DNA of 64,000 bases from Clostridia bacterium (GTDB lineage Bacteria; Bacillota; Clostridia; TANB77; UBA1234), in assembly GCA_900765095.1 (NCBI GenBank), contig CAAFRB010000012.1:1199-65198 (forward strand), read 5' to 3'. Both the position numbers and the translations under genes were made by a program. How positions within the stretch are numbered: the stretch's first letter is position 1; each line of letters starts with the position of its first letter. This document shows positions 1 through 10,847 of this stretch, piece after piece. Under the pieces are notes generated by a model. It had not been told where the DNA came from, ran no database searches, and saw only the letters and a program-made list of their open reading frames with translations.

Positions 1-1121
1 TTCGAATATTGTGAAAGATAATATTCACCCGTTATATTAGTAGTATCTGCTATGCATTCGTGCGTAACATCGTTTGTTCTGTCTCTATCCTGTACCCCAA
101 CCCAGCAAATATCATAATTTCTTAAACCTGTAGTATCACTAGTAAAAGTAACGTTTTCAGCCTCAACATAAGAGTGTTTAAGTTGCATGATTACAGCTGC
201 ATAATCATCTAATTTTATTTTCTTAGTTGTTCTCCAGTTTGCAGTGCATGATGATTTTGCACGAACGGAAGCCTTTAGATAATTAGCATTGCTCTCCCAT
301 GCAGAATATGAACTACTATAATAATAACACGAAGTCCAACCTCCACTAGGACTATTTACACATTTATTCAGTTCTGCATCATTTAAAGAATTGTCATATA
401 TCATTGCATAGTTGACTTGCTGTTCATATTCGGCTTCTTTTTCTCCGTATACTAGTTTTTCTCCAACGTACCTTTTTAACAGCTTTTTACTACCAATCAT
501 AGGAATTAAATTTACATCAGCTTTTCCTACTACTTCGCCCATTAAAAACACGCCAGTTCCTTGATTTGCATAAAATACTCCATTTGCTAAATCGTATAAA
601 CCAGCTGTATTGTCTAATTTTCGGTAACAAGGTATGAAATCACGAATTAATGTATTGTTTAGATTGTATATTTTACATGAATATAATTTTTGCTTACAGA
701 AATATGCAGTTGTAGTTGTTCCTAAACTTTCATTGTTTCTCGCAAATAGATATAAGTTAAAATTGGGCTTAGACCCACTTGCAGTTGACACCACTGTCTC
801 ATCTATATAACATTTAGAATTTATTGCATCAACTACAAATTCATGCCTGTTAGTGTCTGCTATTGTTGTCACATCATTTGGCGCACCATTTCTTAAAAAG
901 AATTTGTTTGATATGATGCCTATATCTAAAGCGACGCCACTGTTTATACTTCCGTTAATTTCATTTGATATTTCCGTAAATTCCGCGTCTATAACAAATC
1001 TCCCCACTGTATCTGCCAACACATTTGTATTTATATATTGCGTTCCTGTACTTTGGATGTACTCTACTTCCTGGTACTCATCAGGCAACCTAGGAGTAAT
1101 ATTATTTTTTATTCTTATCAT
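1..1121 (-). CDS. Phage tail fiber / receptor-binding protein, N-terminal ~373 aa (3' end beyond window start)
   Basis: Reverse-strand ATG at 1119-1121 preceded by RBS AGAGGAG. Translation MIRIKNNITPRLPDEYQEVEYIQSTGTQYINTNVLADTVGRF... continues with no stop to position 1. It lies directly downstream of the collagen-like fiber gene. The ORF track omits it because it is edge-truncated. Confidence 0.55.
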   Translation of the reverse strand, partial: MIRIKNNITPRLPDEYQEVEYIQSTGTQYINTNVLADTVGRFVIDAEFTEISNEINGSINSGVALDIGIISNKFFLRNGAPNDVTTIADTNRHEFVVDAINSKCYIDETVVSTASGSKPNFNLYLFARNNESLGTTTTAYFCKQKLYSCKIYNLNNTLIRDFIPCYRKLDNTAGLYDLANGVFYANQGTGVFLMGEVVGKADVNLIPMIGSKKLLKRYVGEKLVYGEKEAEYEQQVNYAMIYDNSLNDAELNKCVNSPSGGWTSCYYYSSSYSAWESNANYLKASVRAKSSCTANWRTTKKIKLDDYAAVIMQLKHSYVEAENVTFTSDTTGLRNYDICWVGVQDRDRTNDVTHECIADTTNITGEYYLSQYS

Positions 1122-1127
1122 AAAATA

Positions 1128-1862
1128 TCACTCCTCTATAATATTGTATTCTGTGTTTGCATCTAAGGCTGTTATAGCATTAAATTGAGTTTGCGTTCCT
1201 ACCCATATTTTAAGCACCTGAATGTTTGTATTTTCTGCGTTTGAAATCTCTCCACCGCCTGTTACATTTAATGTGCCATCTGCTCCAATATTGACGTTCT
1301 CACCAGCTTTTACTCCACCTAGCGTAGTATCACTTGCAACTGGTAATGTATAGTTATTAAGTCCTGCTAATTTTGCTTTTTCTTCCTCTGTATAGTCATT
1401 CGTGCTAAGTCCTTTTCCTTCCACTTTTGATACCTTAGCTTCTATTTCTCCTCTTATTTCTGTATCATCATAAGTTTTGCCATCTTCCCCATCTTTTATC
1501 GTTGTTGTCTTTGTTCCATCTTTATCTGTTATCTCAATAGTTGTTATCTTGCCACTTTTAGACACAGATATTGTTGGACTTATTCCATCAGCACCAGGAC
1601 TGCCCGTATCTCCCTTTTCACCTTGTGGTCCTCGTTCACCAGTTAAACCTTGTAAGCCTCTTTTTCCCTCTGGACCTTGTGGACCAACACTTCCTGTTTC
1701 ACCCTTTGGCCCCTGTGGACCAGCTGGACCAATATCGCCTTTTTCTCCTTGTGGTCCTTGTTTTCCTTCAGGTCCAACGGGACCTTTCGGACCAACATCA
1801 CCAGAATATTTAATTTCCCCATTCACTTCAATTCTTTCGGTTTTTCCATTTATTTCGTTCAT
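1128..1862 (-). CDS. Collagen-like (Gly-X-Y repeat) phage tail fiber protein
   Basis: About 120 aa of uninterrupted GXX repeats (GPKGPVGPEGKQGPQGEKGDIGPAGPQG...) with a globular C-terminus. Confidence 0.8.
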   Translation of the reverse strand: MNEINGKTERIEVNGEIKYSGDVGPKGPVGPEGKQGPQGEKGDIGPAGPQGPKGETGSVGPQGPEGKRGLQGLTGERGPQGEKGDTGSPGADGISPTISVSKSGKITTIEITDKDGTKTTTIKDGEDGKTYDDTEIRGEIEAKVSKVEGKGLSTNDYTEEEKAKLAGLNNYTLPVASDTTLGGVKAGENVNIGADGTLNVTGGGEISNAENTNIQVLKIWVGTQTQFNAITALDANTEYNIIEE

Positions 1863-2167
1863 CTGATACCATCCTTTCCGATCGAGTATTCTTTTTGAAC
1901 TGTCATTTCTGTTCCTGTAATTGTTACTACTCTTACTTCAAGAACAACATCTCCAGATATGTCATACATATCTTCTCTACTAAATTCAAGCTGAACTTTT
2001 TCGCATTCGTTTTGTACAGTATATTCGATTGTTTTTAATTTGGTATACTCTGCATCATCTTCTGTTTTGCTCATAAAACTTGCAGTTATCACGTCTCCTG
2101 CTTGAAACGTATACCCATCAAATGCCACCGTAAATGGAAATGTGTCGCCTCGATAAATTTTTGCCAT
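1859..2167 (-). CDS. Hypothetical phage structural/assembly protein (102 aa)
   Basis: ORF coupled (4-bp overlap) to the collagen-like fiber gene; no recognisable motif. Confidence 0.45.
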   Translation of the reverse strand: MAKIYRGDTFPFTVAFDGYTFQAGDVITASFMSKTEDDAEYTKLKTIEYTVQNECEKVQLEFSREDMYDISGDVVLEVRVVTITGTEMTVQKEYSIGKDGIR

Positions 2168-2218
2168 TTTTCAACCTCCTTTTCTTTTTATATAAAAAAG
2201 AGAGCCTTAAAAGACTCT

Positions 2219-5200
2219 CTAATCAACATTAAATATTCCATACAATATTTTCTTTTGCTGTGCTGTTAAATTATCATCTATAGCTTCATTTATTGCCTTA
2301 ATTTTAGCTTTTTTCTTTGTGCCTGATATAGTTTCACCTTTTGCATTTTTCTTGCCCTCAGCATCTTTCTGGGCAAGCCATGCGTTGTAGTAATCCACCA
2401 TTGGGACATCTTTTAATTCTTCTTGTATTTTTTTAAATTCTTTTGTAGCTTTTGTTGCAATCCATTTAGATTTTGCATGAGTGTTAGCATCTTTAACAAT
2501 TTTATTCACTACTTCAACTTTATCTTCGTTCTCTAAAGTCTTATAAAACTCACTATCAAACAAAGCATGTAATTCTTTTGATACATATTCTCCACTTCGT
2601 TTTTGATATTCTGAGCGTTCATTACTAGAAAGATTTACTTTCTCGCCATCATCGCTTAAATAGTATGGAGCTTGCATTGGAAATATAGTTTTATCTCTTG
2701 TTGCTTCATATAATGCATATAATTCTTTTTGCGTGTCAGTTACGTTTGCTTTACTTATATTTGCAGGATTTAAAAAGACATTAAACACATTATTATCTCC
2801 GCCATAATTTTCAACTTCTTCTCCAAAAGTATTTACCGTTGGGGCTAATGTATTTTTAAGTCCAGGTATTTTTGCTTTCACTTGATTTACAGTTGTCTTT
2901 AATTTGTCTCCGTATTCAAATGTTTGTCTTTTGCTCTTGTCTCCTAATGTAGCAAACTGTGATAAAAAAGTTGGTAAAAATTGAGATGGCATATTCAAAA
3001 CGGCATCGATTAGACCGTCTATTGGTTCATCTGCTTCAAATAGTTCTTTTATTCCTTGTAAAAATGAATTATCAACAACTACCCCAACTGTAGTTCTAAC
3101 TGCATTATATAAAATATCAAACAACTTCTCATTATTTTTACTCATTTTATATGTATCTGCCATTATAGCAAGTGGTGCATTTAATGGATTTGCCCAACTG
3201 TAAGTAAAAGCTTTATCTCCTATTTTTATTGAATATGGTTGTATACCTAAAACATTTTGCTCAAAGTTTCTTACATCTTTATCATCATCTGCAGAACCAG
3301 TTATTGCTCCAGTGTGTGCAAGCGTTCCAGCTATTAAGTATAATATAGAACCTGCTATTGCTTTTGACATACTATTAACGAACTTTTTCTGTTGCATTGC
3401 TGTCATTTCACCTCTACTTATTGCTTTTTTCATATCTGAATAATCAATAATTGATTCTACTAAACCAACTGGGCTATATTCCACAATAGCTTTCGTTAAG
3501 TTAGCTGGTGTTTTAGCAAATGGAATAATTAAATCTCCAAAACCGAATCCACCAATATTTAATTTGTTCATCGCTCTTCTTATACCTAGAACAGCTTCTG
3601 TATATGAGTTATTATCATTCCAAGTTCTAGATAAAGCTTCATTTACCGCTATATCTATCATCTCTGTCGTCGGTGTAGTTACTTTATTTGCTTTCATTTG
3701 TCCTTGCAAAGAATTATTAAATGCTGCCTCATAAAAAGGTCTGTCTCCACCACTCATTACAGCACCTAATAAATTTTCTATACCATTTAATTTATTATTT
3801 ATAGCATTTAATATTTTTGATTTAGTGTTTTCATTAAATGATTTGCCACCAAAATTAAACTCATACTTGCTTCCAGAAGGTTCTGTTCTTATTCCCATTT
3901 TATAATCTTGTACAGCTTCAGTAATACCTTTTTTAAATCCTTTACCTTTTTCTTTTAAATCGGCATAATTTGTTGTTCTTACCCCTGTTTTTTTAGCTAT
4001 CAACTTATCTATTTGTGTTCCAATTATATCAGCTACATCATTTACAGGCATTATAAGAGCATTACCAACCACATTTCTTACTTGCGTTTTAGGATTAAAC
4101 AACATTGCCATTCTTCTAATTGCTTTAATTGTTTGCCCTCTTTCTGGCGGAAGTTTATCATTTACTCTTTTTTCAATTTTAGCAAGTTCTATTTGTTTCT
4201 CTCTTTCTGATGTTGCTTGTTGAGCTTTTTCAACTTGTTCAGTAATAAATTGATTATCTTCTGCGGTAAGCTTAAATTTTTCTTTGTTAGCTTCTACCCA
4301 TTCTCCGGTTTTTCTTTGTGATATTTCTTTAAATACATCGTTTAATTTTCTTTGCTGATAAACCATCATGGCTTCAGGAGTTAATCTTTGAAATATAGAA
4401 AACATTTGAACAGCACGCCCTACTTCAGTTCCCATATCAGCTAATTTTTGAACAACATTTACAGCAGACTCTGTATCTCCCATTTGCTGATATCTCTCTA
4501 TAAGTATTGCTCCAATTGCAACATCTTCAGCTGTGAAGTTTTTAGTTTTAGTTTCCCATTGTTTTATAAGTTTATCTCCTTGTTCATCTAACTTAATTTT
4601 AGCTTTTTCTAGTGTTTGTTCATTTGATTGCCTTTCATAGGTAGTAATATCTATACTATCTTTAACTTCTTGACTTATCACTTTAGACGTTTCTGCATTT
4701 TTAAAAAATTTTCTCTCATATTGTGTATCTTTATCTTTTTTGTGCTTATAATTTACACCTTTTTCATTCCTAATATCTTCTTCCGACATATTAGCTATGT
4801 CTTCTAAAGATTTGATTTTTGATTTTTTATCATTTTCTTCTTTTTCAAACACATGCAAACTCTCGTAAGCTTTCTTAGCTTGCTGTCTATCAAACTCTTG
4901 TAGTTCTTCTAATGTTGGAAAGCCAAATGTTTTTTTAGAATTAGGCATTAAGTCCCAGTTTTTATCTAGGTAAGATTGCCATTTGTTATTTGATTGAGAA
5001 TATTTACTATCTATAACCTTTGCATATTGTCCCTGTGTTGGGTCTATCCATGCAACATCCTTTATATTTACTATTTTTTCATATACTTTACCATTACCAG
5101 AATAACTCTCAGCCTCCATTTTTGATGGACTAACAAATACTCCTTGTTTTATAGGATAAGAGCTATATACTGTTATTTTCCCCGTTTCTAATGCTTTTTT

Positions 5201-8200
5201 TGCTATATCCATAGTATAATCTGGGTCAAATTCTTCATATTCTGCCCATTCGCTATCTTGCAATGTTTCTTCAAGAGTTTTAATATCTTCTATGCTTCTT
5301 ATCCAAGTGTGATAATCGTCATTAACAGGATTATTTTTTTCTATTATTTCTAACTGTTGTTGCTTAAAATTGTTTTCTGGCAAAGAAAAAGAACTCTTAT
5401 TTGAGTTCTCTGCATTGTTTTCTGTATTTTGCATATACTGGTTATTGACAGTGCTGTTTGATGATGGTATACTATTATTAATAGAAGATGTCCCGTTCTT
5501 AGAGTCTACATTTGTAGAAAATCTAATGGGTGATGTCTTCTTTTTTATATTTACAATATCATATAATATTTCGTTATTATTTTTATTTATTCCTGTAACA
5601 ACATCTATTGTATAATCGTTATTTCCTATCTTTACGTCAATATTACTTCTATTAAAGCTTCCAAAACTGTCCTTTCTCTTATGTTTTAAATTTTCATTTT
5701 GAACATTATAAGCATTTTGAACTATTTCATCTATATTATTTGCCATTCGTAACTTATCTTTATATTTTTCATTTTCATTTTTCTTAATATCTTTCGTATA
5801 TTCTGAATTAACATATTCATTTCTACTTTTAGCATTTATCCCTATATTAAAGAAATCCATATCAATTCCATTTGGAAATTTATTTTTAAATGTTTCTTTT
5901 ACAACTTTAATCCACTTATCCTCTGGAACATTATCCAATATATCTTCTTCTATCACAACAAACGGATGATTATTTATATCATATCCAACACTATAATTTT
6001 GACTAGCATTTCCTTTATAAGCTGTATTATATGCTGTTTCAAATTTCTTTTTTAGATCATTCAAGTATTTGTTATCTGCTCTTCTTTCATTAAATGTCCT
6101 GCTTGTTTTTTGCCCATCAAATGCTACGTTTTTAATCCAATTATACATTCTCATAAATACGTTAGGTTTCTTTCCTGCAAGTTCATTTAAAAATTCTTGA
6201 TTGCCTAATGCTTGTGCCGTCATATCGTTTACTGTTTCCATATCCATATTTAAATTAGACATATCTAAGCCATTTGCTTGATAGAAATTTTGATATGTTT
6301 CTGTTATTTTAGCTTTTGCTTCTTCAAATCCATTTGTGCTTTTTGCTCTATTCATTACAAAATCTTGTAATTCTTGATATTGTGGTGTATTTTCTAAATC
6401 ATGCAACATTTCATGTACTGCAACAAATTCATAAGCCCTTGTTGAATTTGGATTTATTTTCATTGTTCTTGTTCCATCAGAATTTTTTATTATCACTCCA
6501 TCTGTTTTTAATGTATTATCCATTTCGACATTTAAACCTGGTGCAATTTTATTTCTATTTTCCACAAATGTTTGTATTTCATTAGTTACTGTAACTTGAC
6601 TGTTCTGTTCATCAGATATACTCATTTGCTGATTGCTTTCCAAATTAGATACATTCTGCACATTGTTTTGAGAAATCTGGTCAGTATTTGATGAATTTTC
6701 GCTAACATTAGTATCCTTATGAAGACTTTCCAATTCTTCTCTTGCTCCTAATACTTCATCTGCAACAGAATTTCTTATCTCTGATATTTCTTGTGGCGTC
6801 AATTGTCTTCCTTGTTCTGTTTCTGCTAATTGAACTGCATTTCGAGTAACTTTATTTATTTGAATTGCAGACGTCGCTCCTTGACTTATTCCAGATGATA
6901 TAAATGCTGATGCCATTTCTTGCATTACATCATCCCAATTCCATTTTTCAGAAAAGTCCAGTTTTCCAAATTTGTTTGCATAATTATCCATTAAATAATT
7001 GCCAGCATAAGAAATAAATTCTTCTGCTGCTTCACCACCACCAGCAACAAGTATCTTAGTTAATTGCTTTTGAAAAGCATTTTCTGCTCTAGCTACAGCT
7101 TTTTTGGCAAACTTGTCCGTTATATCTGTTCCACCTACACCTAGTAAGCCAAATAGTCCCTCCGTAGTTCCCTCTATAGCTCCTCCACCTAATATTCTAA
7201 GTGCCATTTGTAGCTTTTCTTCTCCTGTTGCATTTTCTAATCCGCCTAACTGTTCATCTGCTTTGGCATATGTTTCTGCAACAGCACTTCCCATTCCAGT
7301 AGCAAATGCTGTCGTTGGCATATTTAAAACATGATCACCGAATTTTATTGGTACTTCACCAAATTTACCAAGTGCAGCACCTACTGCCATTTGTCCACCC
7401 GATTGTCCGACACCTTCGGTCGCTGAATCCAATAATTTTCCACTAAATGAATTTGTATCTAATTTATCAGCTGTACTTTCTAATAAATTATGTGTTTTAA
7501 CGAATGGCGTGCCTACTGCTATTCTTTTCCTTAAAGCATTAGCATACTCATCTTGGCCTATTAAATCTGCTACCCCTGCAATTGCAGATGCTCCTGCATT
7601 TGCAATTCCTTCTGATACACTAAATATTCCCTTTGCTATTCTTGTTGGAATTTCTAATGCTGTACTTCCTAAGGTCGTTGCAGAATCACCAAAATTTTCA
7701 AGTGCTGTTGCAGTTATATCTCCAAATTGATACCCATCTTTAAATCTTCTGAGATTATCTTTCATATTTTCTGGTACTTTTAATAATTTTCCTCTATCGC
7801 TAGGCTGTTGCCCCATAGCTCTACCTATTGAACTTTGTATTACATTTGTGCTATCAACAATGTTTTTACCATTATTTAATTGCTTTCTATACGTTTTAGA
7901 TAATAAATCTGCCGTTCCTTGTTTTAATCCTTTTGATTTTAGTTCTTCTCTTTTAAGTTCTCTGTCCTTCATGTTTTCTATAAACAATTTCTTATCTTGC
8001 TGTGAAAAATCATCACCAGCATTTGGCTGTGTAACCAATTCTCCAACTCCAGCATCTTTTACTTTGCTGCTATTTACGATTTTCGGTAAAGATTGTGCAA
8101 ATTTTCTATCTGTTGGTGCAATAGTATTTATTGCTTTTGTTTGATACAACATCTTATTACTTTGATTTTCTTTCGTTGAATTTGCAGTAGTGTTATTTAC

Positions 8201-8338
8201 TCTGGCTTTATTTTCATCAATACTTACTGCATCTAGTTTTGTTGTTTTATTCCTGATTTCATCCCAGTTTAATCGTGATTTACTCGAACCTTGGGTAGTG
8301 GTTCCTGTACTTCTTATTTTTCTCCAATCCAAAGGCAT
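2219..8338 (-). CDS. Giant virion-associated protein (2039 aa), tape-measure/ejection-protein-like, with HEXXH zincin-like motif
   Basis: Single 6.1-kb ORF in the structural operon. It has Gly/Ala-rich segments (GIANAGASAIAGVADLIGQ, LGGGAIEGTTEGLFGLLGVGGTD), a VAVHEMLHDLE HEXXH motif, long Asn/Gln-rich low-complexity linkers and a hydrophobic C-terminal region. Confidence 0.7.
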   Translation of the reverse strand: MPLDWRKIRSTGTTTQGSSKSRLNWDEIRNKTTKLDAVSIDENKARVNNTTANSTKENQSNKMLYQTKAINTIAPTDRKFAQSLPKIVNSSKVKDAGVGELVTQPNAGDDFSQQDKKLFIENMKDRELKREELKSKGLKQGTADLLSKTYRKQLNNGKNIVDSTNVIQSSIGRAMGQQPSDRGKLLKVPENMKDNLRRFKDGYQFGDITATALENFGDSATTLGSTALEIPTRIAKGIFSVSEGIANAGASAIAGVADLIGQDEYANALRKRIAVGTPFVKTHNLLESTADKLDTNSFSGKLLDSATEGVGQSGGQMAVGAALGKFGEVPIKFGDHVLNMPTTAFATGMGSAVAETYAKADEQLGGLENATGEEKLQMALRILGGGAIEGTTEGLFGLLGVGGTDITDKFAKKAVARAENAFQKQLTKILVAGGGEAAEEFISYAGNYLMDNYANKFGKLDFSEKWNWDDVMQEMASAFISSGISQGATSAIQINKVTRNAVQLAETEQGRQLTPQEISEIRNSVADEVLGAREELESLHKDTNVSENSSNTDQISQNNVQNVSNLESNQQMSISDEQNSQVTVTNEIQTFVENRNKIAPGLNVEMDNTLKTDGVIIKNSDGTRTMKINPNSTRAYEFVAVHEMLHDLENTPQYQELQDFVMNRAKSTNGFEEAKAKITETYQNFYQANGLDMSNLNMDMETVNDMTAQALGNQEFLNELAGKKPNVFMRMYNWIKNVAFDGQKTSRTFNERRADNKYLNDLKKKFETAYNTAYKGNASQNYSVGYDINNHPFVVIEEDILDNVPEDKWIKVVKETFKNKFPNGIDMDFFNIGINAKSRNEYVNSEYTKDIKKNENEKYKDKLRMANNIDEIVQNAYNVQNENLKHKRKDSFGSFNRSNIDVKIGNNDYTIDVVTGINKNNNEILYDIVNIKKKTSPIRFSTNVDSKNGTSSINNSIPSSNSTVNNQYMQNTENNAENSNKSSFSLPENNFKQQQLEIIEKNNPVNDDYHTWIRSIEDIKTLEETLQDSEWAEYEEFDPDYTMDIAKKALETGKITVYSSYPIKQGVFVSPSKMEAESYSGNGKVYEKIVNIKDVAWIDPTQGQYAKVIDSKYSQSNNKWQSYLDKNWDLMPNSKKTFGFPTLEELQEFDRQQAKKAYESLHVFEKEENDKKSKIKSLEDIANMSEEDIRNEKGVNYKHKKDKDTQYERKFFKNAETSKVISQEVKDSIDITTYERQSNEQTLEKAKIKLDEQGDKLIKQWETKTKNFTAEDVAIGAILIERYQQMGDTESAVNVVQKLADMGTEVGRAVQMFSIFQRLTPEAMMVYQQRKLNDVFKEISQRKTGEWVEANKEKFKLTAEDNQFITEQVEKAQQATSEREKQIELAKIEKRVNDKLPPERGQTIKAIRRMAMLFNPKTQVRNVVGNALIMPVNDVADIIGTQIDKLIAKKTGVRTTNYADLKEKGKGFKKGITEAVQDYKMGIRTEPSGSKYEFNFGGKSFNENTKSKILNAINNKLNGIENLLGAVMSGGDRPFYEAAFNNSLQGQMKANKVTTPTTEMIDIAVNEALSRTWNDNNSYTEAVLGIRRAMNKLNIGGFGFGDLIIPFAKTPANLTKAIVEYSPVGLVESIIDYSDMKKAISRGEMTAMQQKKFVNSMSKAIAGSILYLIAGTLAHTGAITGSADDDKDVRNFEQNVLGIQPYSIKIGDKAFTYSWANPLNAPLAIMADTYKMSKNNEKLFDILYNAVRTTVGVVVDNSFLQGIKELFEADEPIDGLIDAVLNMPSQFLPTFLSQFATLGDKSKRQTFEYGDKLKTTVNQVKAKIPGLKNTLAPTVNTFGEEVENYGGDNNVFNVFLNPANISKANVTDTQKELYALYEATRDKTIFPMQAPYYLSDDGEKVNLSSNERSEYQKRSGEYVSKELHALFDSEFYKTLENEDKVEVVNKIVKDANTHAKSKWIATKATKEFKKIQEELKDVPMVDYYNAWLAQKDAEGKKNAKGETISGTKKKAKIKAINEAIDDNLTAQQKKILYGIFNVD

Positions 8339-8343
8339 ATCTT

Positions 8344-9714
8344 CTACCCCCTTAACTGATTTTGCACGTTTCTAGGGATTAGAGCTGCATTCTGTTCTTT
8401 TTTTGTTTTTGACGAATCTACAGTATTTTGATTTTTAACATCTGCATAAGGTCCAATTCCATATAAAGCCATTAAGGACAAAGCATCATTGTCACTCATT
8501 CTTCCACTTTCATTTTCATTTTGAATATAATCCAATAATTTTTCGTCATTTGTTAAATAATTATTATCAATTATATCTCTATAAGTTGATAGTTTTGTCG
8601 TGTCCGCATTTCTTGTAGATTGACTATATGGTTTATTTATATTGTACTGTGTTTGCGCAGTATCATTAGCTAATTGTTGTCTTTTTACCCAACTTTCAAA
8701 TTCTTGCTGTCTTGCTTCTTTTTCTTTTTCTGCTTGTTGCATTGCCAAGTAGTTGTTGTAATATTGATTTGCTTGTTCTACAGTCCAACCTAAAGCAGCT
8801 GCGTTATTATAATTTATATTTCCAGCTTGAATGCTTGCTAAAGCATTACTTGGCGTATTTGCATTTGCATAGTTTGTATTGACTTTATTACCTCTCAATG
8901 CTTCCAACTGCAATACTTCTAAACTATTAGGGCTATATCCTTGAGCTAACAAGTTATTTATTTGAGCTTGATAATCATTTGAATATTGTCCTAACGCTTG
9001 TTGTTGCAATTGCTGTACCATTTGTCTTTGTTGCTGATTATAATTTAGTAAATTATTAAAATATTCACTATCAATTGCAGAATTTGCATTTGCTAAATTT
9101 GCCACATAATCATTTTCTACAGCTGTTCTTTGGTTTGCTATATCTCTATATGCGTTTGCCTCAGCCGTGCCTATATTGCCTAAAGTATTTTGAAGTGATG
9201 ATTGTCTATTTATTTCACCTTGTGCCGATGCTCCACTATTTGTTAATCCTCTATTTGCTAAATACTCAGCAAAAGACCTAGCACCTTGTTGGCTTGAAGC
9301 CGATGCTAGGTTTCTTTGATTTTGATACATAGGTTTTATTGTTTGTTCTTGCACATTTAAATTATCTAATGCTTTTTGCTTTGCTTGTTTTAAAGCATTA
9401 ATTTGAGATTTCCTTTTTGCTTCAGTTAGCCTCTTTAAATCATCTTCATAACTTCCATAGTTTGTTGATGTTCCTACCTTCCCGCTTGCTTGTGCCTTAC
9501 TTGTACCAGTTCCTAACCAATCACCATCGTTTAAACTAATATTTTGGCTTCCATCAGTGCCTCCAGAATATCCATATCCTGCTCTTACACTTTCCGCCTC
9601 AGCGTGTGCAGATTGCATTCCAGCAGTATCACCTTTTGCTTGTGCCTCAGCATATTTCTTTTTAGCTTGATTTATTTTTTCATTATCTGCATCATTTAAA
9701 TTTATATCTGCCAT
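8344..9714 (-). CDS. Gln/Asn-rich phage structural (internal virion/ejection-like) protein, 456 aa
   Basis: Low-complexity Q/N/A-rich sequence (QQLQQQALGQY, NQRNLASASSQQGARS); sits between the tail genes and the giant protein. Confidence 0.5.
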   Translation of the reverse strand: MADINLNDADNEKINQAKKKYAEAQAKGDTAGMQSAHAEAESVRAGYGYSGGTDGSQNISLNDGDWLGTGTSKAQASGKVGTSTNYGSYEDDLKRLTEAKRKSQINALKQAKQKALDNLNVQEQTIKPMYQNQRNLASASSQQGARSFAEYLANRGLTNSGASAQGEINRQSSLQNTLGNIGTAEANAYRDIANQRTAVENDYVANLANANSAIDSEYFNNLLNYNQQQRQMVQQLQQQALGQYSNDYQAQINNLLAQGYSPNSLEVLQLEALRGNKVNTNYANANTPSNALASIQAGNINYNNAAALGWTVEQANQYYNNYLAMQQAEKEKEARQQEFESWVKRQQLANDTAQTQYNINKPYSQSTRNADTTKLSTYRDIIDNNYLTNDEKLLDYIQNENESGRMSDNDALSLMALYGIGPYADVKNQNTVDSSKTKKEQNAALIPRNVQNQLRG

Positions 9715-9724
9715 TTTACGCCTC

Positions 9725-10846
9725 CTATTCTAATTCAAAATAAGAACCATTGTATACTAATGTATATCTTTTGTTTGCCTCTAATTTGGGTATAGCTTTA
9801 TATCCTAAATTATCTAATTGTAATTTATTCGTATAGCCTTTATCATAATTGTTTGGTGTAATTAAGCATAATCTTTGTCCATCAATATATTCTGTAAATC
9901 CTAATGATAAGTCTAGTTTCCCATTGTCTAATGTAGCAACTTTCTTCCCTTCAAAATTTATTTTTTGGATATATATACTAGAACTCTTCGTGCCTCGTAT
10001 TTTTATATATTTGTAATATTGTTCATCTGTTACATTTATTTTCTTTTCCGAATAGCTACTATCAGGATATATTAACCCTAAATCCACCCAATCCACACTA
10101 TTCAAACTTCCTTCAGCTATTAAATGTGAATCACTTCCACCTTTTGAATATATTTTTATATTTTTCACTTTTATATATTCTGGTAATTCAACTATTACAT
10201 AGTGTGATGATGATCCAAAAGCGACCTCATTATTATCGCTAAATCTATTATTATATGAGTTTGAAAACAATAGATAAGCTTCAGTAGATGGTACGCTCGC
10301 AACGCTTCTAACACTTGCTGTTATATTATAGCCTTGTTCACTGTTACTTTGTAATGTTGGAACGGCATTTGTAGTTTCTACAATTGACGAATTTAAAGTA
10401 TATGTAGGAATATGATATTTTGCACCAGCAAATAAAGTAGATATTTTTTGCCCTCCCAACATTTCTGCATTTAAGTTTTGTTGAATTGTACCATCTTTTT
10501 CAGCAATTATATTAGCAAATGTCGAAGCTAATTTGGCTTTTGTTATACTTCCATCAGGTATTACTCCTAATACAGAATTTTGTATTTCCTCCATTAAATA
10601 AGCTAATTTAGCTTGTACATTTGATTCAGAAGAATCACTATCACTCAACGGCAATGCACCTACCGAACTTCCGCCTGTTGGTACTTCAATTTCTTTTATT
10701 AATCTATTTATACCAGCTTTCAACTTATTAGCAGGTTCATCAAATTTAGCTTTTAATTGCTCTGCTGATAATCCATCATCTATATTAGGTTCATCGCTTA
10801 AACTTTGATGAACATTTAAGTCGTCTGTTATTTTCGTAAAAGACAT
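9725..10846 (-). CDS. Phage structural protein (tail/baseplate-like), 373 aa
   Basis: Position in structural operon; no recognisable motif. Confidence 0.45.
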   Translation of the reverse strand: MSFTKITDDLNVHQSLSDEPNIDDGLSAEQLKAKFDEPANKLKAGINRLIKEIEVPTGGSSVGALPLSDSDSSESNVQAKLAYLMEEIQNSVLGVIPDGSITKAKLASTFANIIAEKDGTIQQNLNAEMLGGQKISTLFAGAKYHIPTYTLNSSIVETTNAVPTLQSNSEQGYNITASVRSVASVPSTEAYLLFSNSYNNRFSDNNEVAFGSSSHYVIVELPEYIKVKNIKIYSKGGSDSHLIAEGSLNSVDWVDLGLIYPDSSYSEKKINVTDEQYYKYIKIRGTKSSSIYIQKINFEGKKVATLDNGKLDLSLGFTEYIDGQRLCLITPNNYDKGYTNKLQLDNLGYKAIPKLEANKRYTLVYNGSYFELE

Positions 10847-10847
10847 A

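Noticed and set aside
853-1898. Plus-strand ORFs 853..1188, 1477..1866, 1571..1813 and 1677..1898
   Set aside because: They lie antisense to and overlap the minus-strand tail-fiber and collagen-like genes. The GXX collagen repeat keeps all antisense frames open (Pro/Ser/Phe-rich). No RBS or promoter context.
4013-9281. Short plus-strand ORFs (4013..4210, 5370..5615, 6316..6585, 7104..7334, 7509..7730, 7848..8144, 8190..8375, 9075..9281)
   Set aside because: All are embedded antisense in the giant structural gene or the Q/N-rich gene. They are hydrophobic low-complexity artifacts of AT-rich DNA.
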